Of a DNA stretch of 64,000 bases, positions 1 through 19,760 are shown piece by piece. Origin of the DNA: the human T2T-CHM13v2.0 reference genome, Homo sapiens; assembly GCF_009914755.1 (NCBI RefSeq), contig NC_060931.1. One strand, written 5' to 3'. The position numbers were made by a program, and so were the translations under genes. Each line of letters starts with the position of its first letter. Position 1 is the stretch's first letter. A model generated the notes under the pieces. The model made no database searches, was not told where the DNA came from, and was given only the letters and a program-made list of their open reading frames with translations.

Positions 1-2080
1 TTTCTTCTCCTGCTATTGCTTTATTTGTTGCCTGTAATAAAGTATAAACTGGGTCCTATGGATCCCTTCAGGAATCAAACACTTGATAAAAATAATTAAT
101 GTACCTTTTGATAACCCTAATTGAATGATGTTCATTGGTAGTTCATACTTAAACATAAAAGCTGGAGATTGTCAGGCAAGCTATGCTATTACTGATTCGA
201 ATTCACTCTTGGCATATAAGCCTTTCTCAAAAGTCAGTTGACTTCAGATAACTGAGTTAACTAACCTCAAGTGGATCTGCCAGTTAGCATAAAATGAAAG
301 AGCAATTATTGGTCCAATCAATATTTCCCAGCAAGCTTTGGTCATTCTTTACTTATTTTTAGGATGGATTGAGACTTTTTCTTGCCAGACCATCATTAAA
401 GACTTTGAATGCTTTTCCTTTTACTCAAAAACTGTATTGTTCTTATACCCAATCTTCAGGAAAATGTAGAGAAAATAAAGGATTACTAAAACTAAAAATT
501 GTCAAAGTTCTAAGAGTCACTGGAACTTACATGTAAGTTCCTACAGTATTCCATTTACCTTCATGACATAGGCTCTCCCCTTAAGAGTTAATAACAGACC
601 ATGCCATGCATTTCAGAATTTTGCTCTGATCCTAGTCTTTGCCCCACTGCAAGTTGACATAACTAAATACTACATCTTATCATTAAACGGATACAAGCTG
701 CCTTTTCAAAGTAACCATTTACACAATCTTTGAGCCTGAAACCTGGAGATTTTGTCTTCTGGAAGAGAAAGCAAAGGAAGATTTGCCTTGAGCTTTGACT
801 AACAGGACTGTATCAGGTACTGTTACTAATTAACACTGTGGTGAGACTCTAAGATAGTAATCCCTGCATTCATATTTTCAGTTCAAAAGACATACATCCT
901 TTTTCCTAGATCAGGGGACTTCCATTTCACTGGTAGACCTCAAGCTGAGAATTCTTTGAACTCTACCAGAAGCAGACAATCCTCTAAAGTAACAATTGAT
1001 TCAAAACCCTCCATTGAAGCTAATGATTATGTAAACTAGATAGCTTTTACTAAAATCTCTGGAACAAGATTAATTTTAAGATAATTTAATACACTTTTCC
1101 TTTTGATTTTTTTTACTATGGATCTTGCCTAATAGCATATGTTGAAGCTCTCCAGTGACTGGGTCAAGAGTTCTCAGTCTGTTCTCCTATACATTTTTTT
1201 TTAAACTTCTAAGCCTCTGTGGTCTTTTCTTGTGGCATTTCAAGAGAAAGAAAACATTCTTATACATTTTTCTCAGACCTTAGTTACTGCTGTAAATCTG
1301 ATTGGTGGATCAATATCCATTTGACCCCGCTGGGGGAAACATATGTCATAGATGTTTCTTTAAATATTGTCAAGATAGATGTTCTTATACAAATTTCTTC
1401 TAGTACTGAAATGTCTCTCACATTATGAGTCCCAACCTTCAACCTTGTAAAAATTGGACTTTACCTCCACATTACAAAATACATCTTATTAGATCATTAA
1501 CTAAACCCAGGAACTCCGCTCCGCTCTCTGCAATGGTCAGTTGCTCTCTTCAGAGTCACTGTATCCTGCAGGAATTATTTAACTTCACTCAGAAAATATG
1601 TCCAGCATTAGGGTCCAATGATTAGTTCTCTGTTTTGAAGATACATAATGTTTATACTGTCCTTTGAGTCCATGCCCTACCAAAATACTATTCCTTATGT
1701 GTACACTACCACTGGAAACGCATCAAACAGTTTAAATTCATTACGCAGGGTCTGAATGGATAACAACATATTTCATCTTGATTTCCTCTTCACTAACCAA
1801 GAGGGAGTTTATGCCAGAACAAACATACATATCTACATATGTATTTGCATACCTTGGTGCAAATACATATGTACAAGAATAGACTCTGCTGGATTTTTTA
1901 GCGCATTTTTGAGATCTGGGTTTGGTTATCTAGTCCAGTGGATGAACAGTCTTCTACAAAAGTCATAATAATTTCTTTTTCTGGCAAGTGCCTGTATCAC
2001 AGTTGTTCAATGCATCCTGTCTAGATTCTTAAGTGCTACTGTGTAACCACTTTTACATTACATGATGCAAACACTCATTC
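1..2080 (+). mobile_element. Decayed ERV1 (gamma-like) internal region: RNaseH/integrase and probable env remnant
   Basis: ~735-890 reads LKPGDFVFWKRKQRK..LE...GLYQVLL...PCIH, like the integrase C-terminus LQPGDxVxxK..LEPRWKGPYQVLL..WIH; YxQSSG-like motif at ~445. Confidence 0.65.
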
Positions 2081-2087
2081 TATAATA

Positions 2088-2168
2088 TTTGGTTGCTGCA
2101 AAAGTAGTTGTGGTTTTTCCCATATAAAAGTAATGGCAAAAACCACAGTTGCTTTTGCACCAACCTTA
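2088..2168. mobile_element. MADE1 (Hsmar1-derived MITE)
   Basis: 80-bp palindrome ggttgctgcaaaagtagttgtggtttt...aaaaaccacagttgcttttgcaccaacct. Confidence 0.9.
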
Positions 2169-2199
2169 GAAGGCTCAGAAGGAACTGACACTTGTCCAG

Positions 2200-2849
2200 T
2201 CTAGAGGCAACCTTTCCTAGATAATCTAATCAGCAGGATCCTGACAATGCAAAGGTCTTGAACATCAAAGATTATTGTCCCACAGTCTGACTTTGTCTTT
2301 CCTGATATCTATCAGCAGACAGTGGCCTAGTTTCTACCACTAGGCTATGATGTTTCTTCCCTGCTAAACATAAATAATTTCATAGAATATCAATATTACA
2401 TGAGGACTCTTCATGACCATGATGGAATAAGAAAAAAATAAGTCCATTCTGTAATTATACCTGAGCAGAGGTACTATGCAACCACAAGAATAACCAAATA
2501 TCCCATCTTCAGCCAACATGGGTGACTGCTACTTTTTCTCCAATGGCAATGCTAGCTATGCTCTATTTATTCAACCTTCTAGAAATAAATTATTAAGATA
2601 TCCAATCACTGTATTGGCCCAGTGTTAAGAGGGCACACATACACCCACAAAATATAGCTGTGTCCTGGAATCTTTCCCCAAATCACCTAAGATAAGCCCA
2701 GTTTCTACAATGAGCTCTTCCCATCTCCCTCTTACTAAGACTCCATGCTTCTATGTAGAGTGCAGTCTTCCTTGCTGCAGGGAGTTTATAAAACTAACTT
2801 CATTGGTTACATGTATTTTTCTAATGGTCCTGGACTGATGTATTCAACA
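2200..2849 (+). mobile_element. ERV1 LTR (MER67-like), likely the 3' LTR of the upstream remnant
   Basis: 3' part ccttactaagac...ccttgctgca...ataaa...ggtcctggactg...caaca resembles a MER67 end; 5' boundary uncertain. Confidence 0.55.
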
Positions 2850-3239
2850 AGTGATTGACTAAATGGCGCTAAAATGTCATCTAAAGTATCTGACTTAAGA
2901 TATACTCTAGACATTTTTATTAACCTTTTTATTAATGGTAATAATTAATTATGCTAATAGTAATAATAAATAATACTAATAATTTAGTAAAATTTATTAT
3001 TGATAATAGCTCTCCAGTAAACAGGTCAAATCAATTTTCATCTCTGATACAGTAACAAGCAAACATTTTTCTACCATCAGATCTACAGAGAGAAGAGTAT
3101 CTAATACTGTGAGCATATTATATACGAAGGTTTCAATTTATTTTCATTTAATTATGACTAGTTTGGATTAGTCATTTTTGTAGTCCCTTTAAATATGTTG
3201 TCATTGATCAATGTATCTACCCTGTTATCACTTTATTGG

Positions 3240-3910
3240 AGGGAGTAGAGTGTAGTGACTAAAAGCATAGGCTCTGGAGTCAGACAGCCTGGCAGTTCTT
3301 CCAGTTACTAAGCAATTTTTGACAAAAACTGTTTTGGACCTCAAGACTCTTCCTATAAAACAGGAATAATAATATTACCCACTGCATTCCTTTCTAAGGG
3401 CTGCCATAACAAATTACCACAAACTAGGTGGCTTAAAACAAACAAACAAAAATTATTCTAGCACATTTCTCGATGCTAGAAGTTTGAAATGAAGACATCA
3501 GCAAGGCCATGCTCCCTCTGAAGTTTCTAAGGAAGAATGCTTCTTTGCCTCTTCCTTTCTTCTAGTGGTTGCCAGCGATCATTGGCATTCTTCGGCTTGT
3601 AGATGCATTACTTCAATTTCTGTCTCTGTCATCACATGTCATTCTTCCCTAAGCCTCTATGTCTCTGTTTTCTCATCTTATAAGAACACCAGTCATTGGA
3701 TTTGGGCTTACTGAAATCCAATAGTAACTTATCTAATTATATCTGCAAAGATCCTATTTCTAAATATAAGGTCACATTCTGAGGTTTCAGATAGACCTGA
3801 CTTTGGGGGGACACTAAATGATCCAGTATATTCACCACATAAGATTGTTGTGAAAATTAAAGAAGCCATGTAAAGTACATAGTAAATACCAAACTTAATC
3901 TTATTATTTC
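3240..3910. mobile_element. MIR split by an MLT1C-type LTR (3383-3830, minus)
   Basis: MIR core ggctctggagtcagac...aaaacaggaataata resumes as cataagattgttgtgaaaattaa after the MLT1 insert (ggctgccataacaaattaccacaaact...gggggacac). Confidence 0.75.
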
Positions 3911-4099
3911 TGTCAATATAATTTTTATGGATTTATGGCCACAAAGAAAGTATAATTCACAAGCAATTTTTTTGTTGAATGAAAATAGGAGCTGTTTTAG
4001 GTCAATTTATTTTGAAAATATTAATATATAAAGAGTAACTTGAAACATTTCTGATGAGAAAAGCAATGTAATATTTAGATTCCATCAATTTAGTAAGGA

Positions 4100-7450
<3,351 letters not shown>

Positions 7451-7687
7451 ACAAACACATGCTAATCAACATTTTAGCACACAAAGGTGCACAGTAAGCA
7501 TTTGTTGTATCAATTTAAAAATGATATTAAAGACCATTACTGCTATGTTCCACATTGCCACAGCCTAGTTTAAATTACTGTGTCTAGCTGAATACTGAAC
7601 ATGTTATATATACGTTATGTGTTAATGTGTACATAAGCAAGAATGACTGTTGGAGGGAGGGCAAGTCAATTATAGACAAACTTTATT

Positions 7688-8840
7688 GCTGAAATACCTG
7701 GAGTTCAGTCAAGATTGTGATGCTCCCTGCACGGAATGCCAATCACTAAGTCAACAAGGATTGCCAGAGAAGAAGGCTTTAATCTAGTCCTGCAGTCAAG
7801 GAAAGTGGGAGTTCAGTCTCAAATCTGTCTCCCTGACTGACCAAAATTGATCTGTTTACATAGCAGGGAAGGTGCGAAAAGAAATTAGGGAGGGATAAAG
7901 AAGAAATCCTGATGAATCAGGTATTTGGTATCTCAGTATCAGGATGTGGTGATCTAGTGAGTTTCAGTCCCTTGCCTGAGGGTCAGTTTCCTGAGGAAAA
8001 AACTCAGTTAAGACATAAGTTTCAAGTTTTAAGACAGAGGGCACATTTCTATGTTTATTCAAAAATCCATAAATATGGGACAATTTGGCCAGTTTCAACT
8101 TCAGGACATTTTAACCATTGTGGACTCAGTGACCTGTGAAGTGTACAGGCCAGGGAAACTTCCTCTTTGCCTTCTGAAGTTTCACTGAAAAATCAACTCA
8201 CAAAAGGCAGATTAATTGGAGAAAAGGTATTCAATTTTATTTAACTATATGTTTACACAGGGAGAACCACAGAGTGATTACCCACCCACAACAGGGTTTA
8301 GAAGCTTATTTACTGGTAAATCAGGTTATGGGAGAGGGGAAAAGAGGAATTCTGTTGAGGAGATCACTAGGGAGAATGAATGGATCAGGGAGTAGAGATT
8401 AACTTGTACATTACCTTGTGAAAGGGTTTGTTCAGGAAAGGTTACATTCTTAGTCTTACAGGGAGAGGAAGAAAAACGAATTGTTCCTTTTGGTGGGTCT
8501 GGATCTTAGGCAGATAAAGGAACTTCACTTTGGGAGAGGTGGTAGGGAGTAGAGGTCAGAGGGACCTTGAGGCTTTTCCAGTTCAGTATGTCAAAGTGCC
8601 ATATTTTGGGGTATCAGTTTCTGACTCCCAACACATTCTTTGTCTTCTTTTTTTGTAATGGATCATGAGATAACAGGTAGGGGAAAAAGAACAATTGTCC
8701 TCCTTGGTGGGTCCATCCTATCTTTATGTAGACAGGGGAAAGTCTCTTCCAGAGCCCGTTGATCTCTAAGGGTCTTTACTTCAAAATCTTCATTATACCA
8801 GGGAGCCATATGTTGGGGTGGAATTTCCTGCCTCCTTCAA
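7688..8840 (-). mobile_element. Cluster of ERV1 LTRs (MER4-group like; ~7688-8097 and ~8136-8840)
   Basis: Reverse LTR-type ends and motifs gccaatcact...gccagagaagaaggctttaat and aaaaggcagattaattggagaaaagg. Confidence 0.6.
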
Positions 8841-9366
8841 CCCCCAGCTCCAAATTTGGAAATGGCTTCTAATTTTTTTAAGGAAATGTCTTTTATTTCC
8901 TTTGGCCACTGTGATTGATTTCACGATGGATCCATGAACCAAGAAAGGCAATCAAGGCTAACAAGTTTCAATTTCAGGACTACTGTTTGAGCTACTGAGA
9001 AAGTAAAATCTCTTTTTCGTTGTTTGAGCTGGAAACCTTGTCACTCCAAGGACAGTCAGTAAACACTTTTCAATGTTAAGGGAACTGAGAGAGAGAGTTT
9101 CCTGAGAGAACAGGAAGGCAGAGAGACGAATGAGAAGTGAGAAATTGGTCCTGGCCATGTTATTGTTCCTCTAGTCCAGTTTAACTGGTGATAAGCTTAA
9201 CTTGTGATAAAGATCCTAGATCCCTTTCCAGTCCTGCTGCATCCAAATCTCCCAGGAAGTCCTAGAAAATGTCTAGTCTCCCCTGAAGCTAGCCCTACTG
9301 CCAGAATTTGAGGAATATGAACCAATAAATTTCCATTATAGTTTAAGAGAATTTAAGATAGATGTG

Positions 9367-9728
9367 TGTATTAGTTCATTCTCACACTGCTAATAAAGAC
9401 AACCAAGACTGGGTAATTAACAAAGAAAAAGAGATTTAATGGGCTCACAGTTCCACATGGCTGGGGAGGCCTCACAATCATGGCAGAAGGTGAAAGAGGA
9501 GCAAAGGCATGTCTTACATGGCAGGAGGCAAGAGAGCATGTGCAGGGGAACTGTCCTTCATAAAACCATCAGATCTTGTGAGACTTATTCACTATCACAA
9601 GAGCAGCATGGGAAAAAAACACCCCCATGATTCAATTACCTCCCACTGAGTCCCTCCCATGACATTGGGGATTGTGGGAGCTACAATTCAAGATGAGATT
9701 TGGTTGAGGACGCAGCCAAACTATGTCA
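9367..9728 (-). mobile_element. THE1 solo LTR ~330 bp upstream of the ATG
   Basis: tgtattagttcattctcacactgctaataaagaca...cagccaaactatgtca. Confidence 0.9.
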
Positions 9729-9829
9729 GTCTCTTATTTGCCAACAAAAGCATCCTAACTGATAGAGGCCAGACAGATTTGTTTCTTTTTGTTTTTTCAA
9801 TCTTTTGTTGTGAAGAAGTAAGCATAAAC

Positions 9830-10060
9830 TCTCAATAGGTTACGTTTTACAAGCCTCTGATGAAGTTCAAAGGACAACCATGCTTAGGATTTCCAGGACA
9901 ACCTGGAAAAAAAAACAGGTTGAGAAATAGGTGTGTTAATCTCCCTTCCCTCTGCTCCTCCCTCTGGCCTTCCTTTCTTTGATGGAATAGGCCCTAGGAC
10001 ACCTTTCTAAAAAGACTCCCTGTGGTGTTCAGAATCACTCCTACAGTCAGGTTCTCCACA
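9830..10060 (+). promoter_or_regulatory. AKR1D1 proximal promoter/5'UTR with DR1 (AGTTCA-A-AGGACA, 9864-9876) and TCF/LEF motif (CTTTGATG, 9977-9984)
   Basis: Non-repeat, CpG-poor sequence directly upstream of the ATG; motif matches by eye only. Confidence 0.55.
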
Positions 10061-10153
10061 ATGGATCTCAGTGCTGCAAGTCACCGCATACCTCTAAGTG
10101 ATGGAAACAGCATTCCCATCATCGGACTTGGTACCTACTCAGAACCTAAATCG
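10061..10153 (+). CDS. AKR1D1: AKR1D1 coding exon 1 (aa 1-31)
   Basis: ATG at 10061; [31 protein letters not shown] with the AKR GLGT motif; donor TCG/GTAAGC. Confidence 0.98.
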
Positions 10154-10702
10154 GTAAGCTTATTTTTTCTCTCTTTGCTTGCTTGTTTGTTTCTTTTAAC
10201 ATTTGCCTATAGCATAATCTGCAATTTATTTTAAGCAGATCTCATTGACTTACTTTTTGTAGTAATGGAAGCAACCTCAATTTGTAATAATGAAAGGACT
10301 ACTATTTACTGAATAGGTATTGAGCCAAAGGTTAAACTAAATCAATTCATGATTAAAAATTAGTTTGGATTAGAGAAGGAGAATTTTCTGCTTCCTTTAC
10401 TGAAATTTAGCTAAATGCTGATTACTAGAGTGAACTGAGCCACATGAAATTCGTGTGTTTATGACTTGTGTTTTTTTTATATGAGATAATTTTTAGTTCA
10501 GTCTAACAAACACCTAGTGAATACTTGCCATGCACTAAGCACTAGGCGATAGAAGTGTCATATATGAGGAAAACAATGTCTCTGTTATCTAGGGATTAAA
10601 AATCAAATAGAGGGGGCAGATTCTTGACAACTAATTGTAGAATGACCAAGATAAGGATCAATGCTATTCTAGAACTCTCTGTAAACAGTCTCTGAAAGCA
10701 TA

Positions 10703-11079
10703 TGTATTGGTCCATTCTCATGCTGCTATTAAAGACATACCCTAGAGACTGGGTAATTTATAAAGGAAAGAGGTTTAATTGACTCAGAGTTCAGCATGGC
10801 TGGTGATGCCTCAAGAAACTTACAATCATGGCAGAAGGGAAAGAAAACACGTCCTTCTTCATAAGATGGCAGCAAGGAGAAGTGCTGAGCCAAAGGGGAA
10901 AAGCCCCTTATAAAACCATCAAATGTCATGAGAACTCACTCACTATCCTGAGAACAGCATGGAAGTAACCTTCCCCATGATTCAATTACCTCTCCCTCGG
11001 TCCCTCCCACAACATGTGGGGATAATGGGAACTACAATTCAAGATAAGATTTGGGAGGGGACACAGCCAAACCATATCA
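10703..11079 (-). mobile_element. THE1 solo LTR in intron 1
   Basis: tgtattggtccattctcatgctgct...acagccaaaccatatca with 5-bp TSD gcata. Confidence 0.92.
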
Positions 11080-11508
11080 GCATAGAAATGGAAATAATTA
11101 AATTTGACCATGAAGATTGAAATGGGCTTCCTTTAAAACATAGTAAAGTTTCAGCTTATGAGAATATCTGTTCCTTGTTGCAGTTCAACATTAAATGCTG
11201 ATTACGAGAATAAATAGTGACATGTGTAGAAATGCTACTGAAATTTGAGTGGTCATGTATGAATGAACTATTTGAAGCTGAGCATGAATGTACCAGACAG
11301 AGAAGCACAGCTAAAGCAGGACATTTTGGCAATACGAAGTATAGAGACATTTTAGTTAGACAGAGAAGGATATATGATATATCCAGTGAATGCCAAGCCC
11401 ATAGTGCCTGGCACAGGGAGTTAATGGTGATGGCAGCTGAATCTGAAAATGCAGATTAAGACAGGGATTACCAAGGACCTTGAACACCATGCTAAGGAGT
11501 TGGAACTC

Positions 11509-11849
<341 letters not shown>

Positions 11850-13219
11850 TAGAAGCAAAGAAAGAGCATCACTAGATCTGTGTTTTTGAAAGATAAAACT
11901 CAGGTTGTAGCATGGAGAATGGAAGGCAGATGAGGAGAAATAAACTACCCATAGCAAGAGTAGTTAAAACTTGGATCACAATCCCACATTCCACTTCAAT
12001 TGCACACCTCCCTTGTTTTTGGTAATGCAATGGAAAATTACTCTTGGAACAATTATATGAGTTTGATCCTTGGCCCCTTTCTCTTCTTTCTTTGCACAAT
12101 GTCTCTTTATGATCTCATTCATAATCTTGGCTCCAACCACATATATGCAGAGATTCTCAAAGCTATATTCTCTATTGTTTGTTATCTCTCCCCCATGTAA
12201 GTCCCTTACAGGAGATAACTATTGTTCAAAGATGAAAGAAATGATGAGGAAGTCTAATTATGGGGTACAAGCTATGGAGAAGGCATGGCCTAGAAAGTTA
12301 GGTGGGGGAATATTCCTTCCTGAGTGGCTCTGGTTGAGACTGCTGTAGTTGCAGCAAGTTTTCAGAATCTGAATGAGCCATGGGGCAAAGGAGAAGTGTA
12401 GTCCAAGCTCTTGGTGAGTACCTAGGAGAAGCCTAAAACACCCACTACATTTTGCCCCTGAGCAAAGGGAGGTGGGGGTGCAGGGCTCAGAACCCATTTC
12501 TCAGGAATGTGCCATCCTTTAAACATTCCTTTTATTTTATTTATTTTATTTTTATTAGAGGCAGGTTTTTGCTATGTTGCCCAGGCTGGTCTCAAACTCC
12601 TGGGCTCAAGTGATCCACCTGCCCCAGCCTCCCAAAATGCTCGGATTACAGGCGTGAGCCATGACACCCGGCCCTAAACATTCCTTACTTTCTCTCCAAT
12701 GCCCATAGAATTCCCCTTTTCTGATCACCCAGGGAACTTTGTTTCACCTGGGGAAAACAAAGCCTTGCTCTTATACCAAGTAATTTTTTCAGATCTGGTT
12801 TTAAGCTGAGGACAGGGTGAAGGTCTCATAAGCTCTACCTAAGGGGACCAGGGGCCAGGCAGAAAGCATAAATGAGTAGTTTCAGAGAGTTAAGTCTTTT
12901 CTCCATTTTGTCCTACTTCCCCATTCTGATACTAGACATGAGGGCAAGCAATGCCTTATTTTCCTCTTTATTTCTACAAGAAAAAAGAAAAAACACAAGC
13001 AACTAACACTCGGGGGACTATTATTGAGAATATAATAGACATCACACTACAAGAGGGTGGCAGCTTGTCCTCCAGTACAGCCAATCATCATGAATAATAA
13101 TCCAGTTGTTGGCCAGTCTTCTAACACTTTTTGGAGAATGCTGTAAAGTAATTATTAATTTGTAAGCAACAGCAACTCATTCAGATTTTGGATGACATCT
13201 GGATGGCATGCTGTCTTGT

Positions 13220-13710
13220 CCAACTTGTGTCCAATCACAAATGTGCCAATTACATCTTACAATGGATTTCCACTGACCCACCCAAACTTACGTTGTAGTG
13301 GATCTTATATAACCCAGCTCATAATGGGCAGCTCTGGCCACACAGTCACATCATGTCCCATGGTCAGATGTACTATCTCTACAGGACTCAGCAGCAATGT
13401 CAACAATGTAGATGGCGTGACTTGCTCCAGAACCCTACAGGCTTACCTTGTAATTCTCCAACTGGGGCTTGCCATAAACTCCATGCCACATGTAAACAAT
13501 AGGGCCTGCTGGGTCATATGGCCCAAGTGGCAGGGATGCTTGTGGTAAAGTCTGGAGTTCTGCTGAGCCCCTCCCCATTCTGGGCCTAATGAAAGCTGGT
13601 GTATTCATGTCACACAGTAAATGGGTAGGAATAGTACTGCAAGTATGGAATATGCTGCCTCTGGAGCCTGAGGGCGCCTTTTGGGTACTGTGCTTCCTTC
13701 TTAATGCTTT
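13220..13710 (-). mobile_element. ERVL-class pol remnant (RT thumb/connection)
   Basis: Minus strand reads KKEAQ..RQHIPYL..LPIYCVT and HLTMGHDVTVWPELPIMSWVI*DP..SIVRCNWHI, matching ERVL TMGHQVTMRPELPIMNWVLSDP..SIIKWKWYI. Confidence 0.8.
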
Positions 13711-13986
13711 TCCTAGTATACAGCCATACCTATGACTTTATCTTGAAAGAACTTCCATCAGCCTTCCAATAATCCATTTTTTAAAATTCTTAATAGAGAC
13801 GAGGTATCTCTATGTTGCCCAGGATGGTCTGAAACTCCTGAACTCAAGCAACTCTCCCACCTTGGCCTTCAAAATTGCTGGGATTATAGGCATGAGCCAC
13901 TATGCCCAGCCCAATGATCCATGCTGACTGCTTTGGTTTCTTTAAATTATGCAATGCACTTGTTGGCTGCCTATGTAACTTGCCTT

Positions 13987-14184
13987 TAGGGTGGGGGTGC
14001 CAGATTTAGCAAGTAAAAATATAAGATGTCCAGGTAAATTTGAACTTCAGATGAACAATGAATAATTTTTAAATATAAGTATGTTCCATCCCATTTAATA
14101 TTTGGAATATGCATATACAAAAAAGTCTTGCCCATTTGAATTTCAAATGTAACTGAGCATCCTGTATGTTGCCTGAAAACTCTA
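13987..14184. mobile_element. MER53 hAT MITE
   Basis: tgccagatttagcaagtaaaaatataagatgtccaggtaaatttgaa with the inverted copy ttcaaatgtaactgagcatcctgtat. Confidence 0.8.
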
Positions 14185-15046
14185 GGGATTTCCTGTCTAA
14201 TTAACCATCTCTGCAAAGCATCGCTGTGGGTTATGCTCTTTGGATACCACTCATTTTGATAACAGTGCCCACTTCACTTCTGAAGTTAGTACTACCATGT
14301 AGCCTCTATTATTTTAAAATTCCATCATTCCTAGTTTTTAAAATAAGGACAGGATCTCACTATGTTGCCCAGGCTGGTCTTGAACTCCTAGGCTCAAGCA
14401 ATCCTCCTGTCTTGGTCTCCTGAAGTGCTGATGTTAGAGGTCTGAGCCACCACACCTGGCCCCTAATTTTTTAGTAAACCTAGTTTTTCAACATCTCCCA
14501 CAGTCTGCCTTGTCTACAGAGGACAGCCGTAATTGAGCTCAACAACTCTGGTGTTTTTGTTGCTAAAGCACTGCTGTCTCTTTGATAAAAGGAGTGTTCT
14601 CTGGGCCCTGCTGCAAAACATAGATCATCCGTGGATTTCCAGCCTTACATAGTATATCTACTATAGTGGGCTCCCTTCTCTGAGCTTCCTGAGCCCTCTT
14701 TTGACCATCTGCCATGGTATTTCTGGAATGTCTACTTCATGTATGTGGATGTCACTTTTTCCAAGATTTCAAGAGTTATGCTGGCAGTGTGTTAGCACTG
14801 TTTCCTGAGGTGTTAAGTCACGTATCAGAAGATGGTGTTTCCATATCAATAAACTCTCCTTTATCCAACTTGAAATTCCACCTTCCTCTTGATGCTGCAC
14901 CCCAAGATCCACTCTCACACACACTCTCCACCTCCATTGCATGGTGTCTTGGTGTGCAGCTCCCTCAGTGTATCACCCTCTTTCTTCCTTTATCCAGCCA
15001 GGAGATCTCATAAGGGATAATATCCAAAATATAAAAGGAACTCCTA

Positions 15047-15047
<1 letters not shown>

Positions 15048-15082
<35 letters not shown>

Positions 15083-15420
15083 AGACAGACTTTCGCTCTT
15101 GTTGCCCCGGCTGGAGTGCAATGGCACGATCGATCTCGGCTCACCAAAACCTCCACCTCCCGGGTTCACCAATTCTCCTGCCTCAGCCTCCTGAGTAGCT
15201 GGGACTACAGGTGTGCACCACAACACCCAGCTAATTTTTGTATTTTTAGTAGAAATAGAGTTTCACCAAGATGGCCATGCCCAGCTAATTCTGTATTTTT
15301 AGTAGAGACGGGGTTTCTCCCTGTTGATCAGGCTGGTCTCGAACTGCCGACCTCAGGTGATTCACCTGCCTCGGCCTCCCAAAGTGCTGGGATTACAGGC
15401 ATGAGCCAACAAGCCCAGCC
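15048..15420 (-). mobile_element. AluS with internal duplication
   Basis: Long poly-T, TSD gaactcctacc, duplicated cccagctaatt..tgtatttttagtaga. Confidence 0.9.
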
Positions 15421-15904
15421 AAGAACTCCTACCTTTTATATTTAGAAGGATATATTCTAACATGACTCCATGGCTGTGAAATTAGTCTCCCTACCAAGTG
15501 ATATTCACTGGAAGCCTTCTCTTGGAACAACTAATTATTGGTCTGGTGACTAGGAGGCAATATGCAGGTAGATCCTGCCTGGAGCACGTGTTCCAAGGCA
15601 GCAGCTTCTGCGTCATTTTCAAAGGACACAGGGAATGCTGGACATTAACCTGGAGGAGCAGTGCTGGATCATTTCTGCTGATTTACCTTCTTCCTTCTAC
15701 CTAATTCCTTCTTGCTATGTCCGATATGCTACTGATGCGTCCATTTAATTTTAGATATCTTATCAGATTTTTGTTTGCTTGTTTGTTTTGTTTATAGAAT
15801 TGCTGTGTTTGGTTCTTTCCTAAATCTTCTAGGGCACTTTTCATAGTTTCCTGTCCTCTACAGAGATTTTCAAGTTTATTTCTTTGTTTTTAAATTTAAT
15901 TTTC

Positions 15905-19760
<3,856 letters not shown>

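Noticed and set aside
10022-10060. In-frame GTG-initiated 13-aa N-terminal extension of AKR1D1
   Set aside because: Weak context, close to the probable cap site, and no supporting evidence; the ATG at 10061 has strong context (acaATGg)
9367-11079. Exon 1 captured inside a single THE1 provirus
   Set aside because: The second LTR has its own 5-bp TSD and the intervening DNA is not THE1 internal sequence
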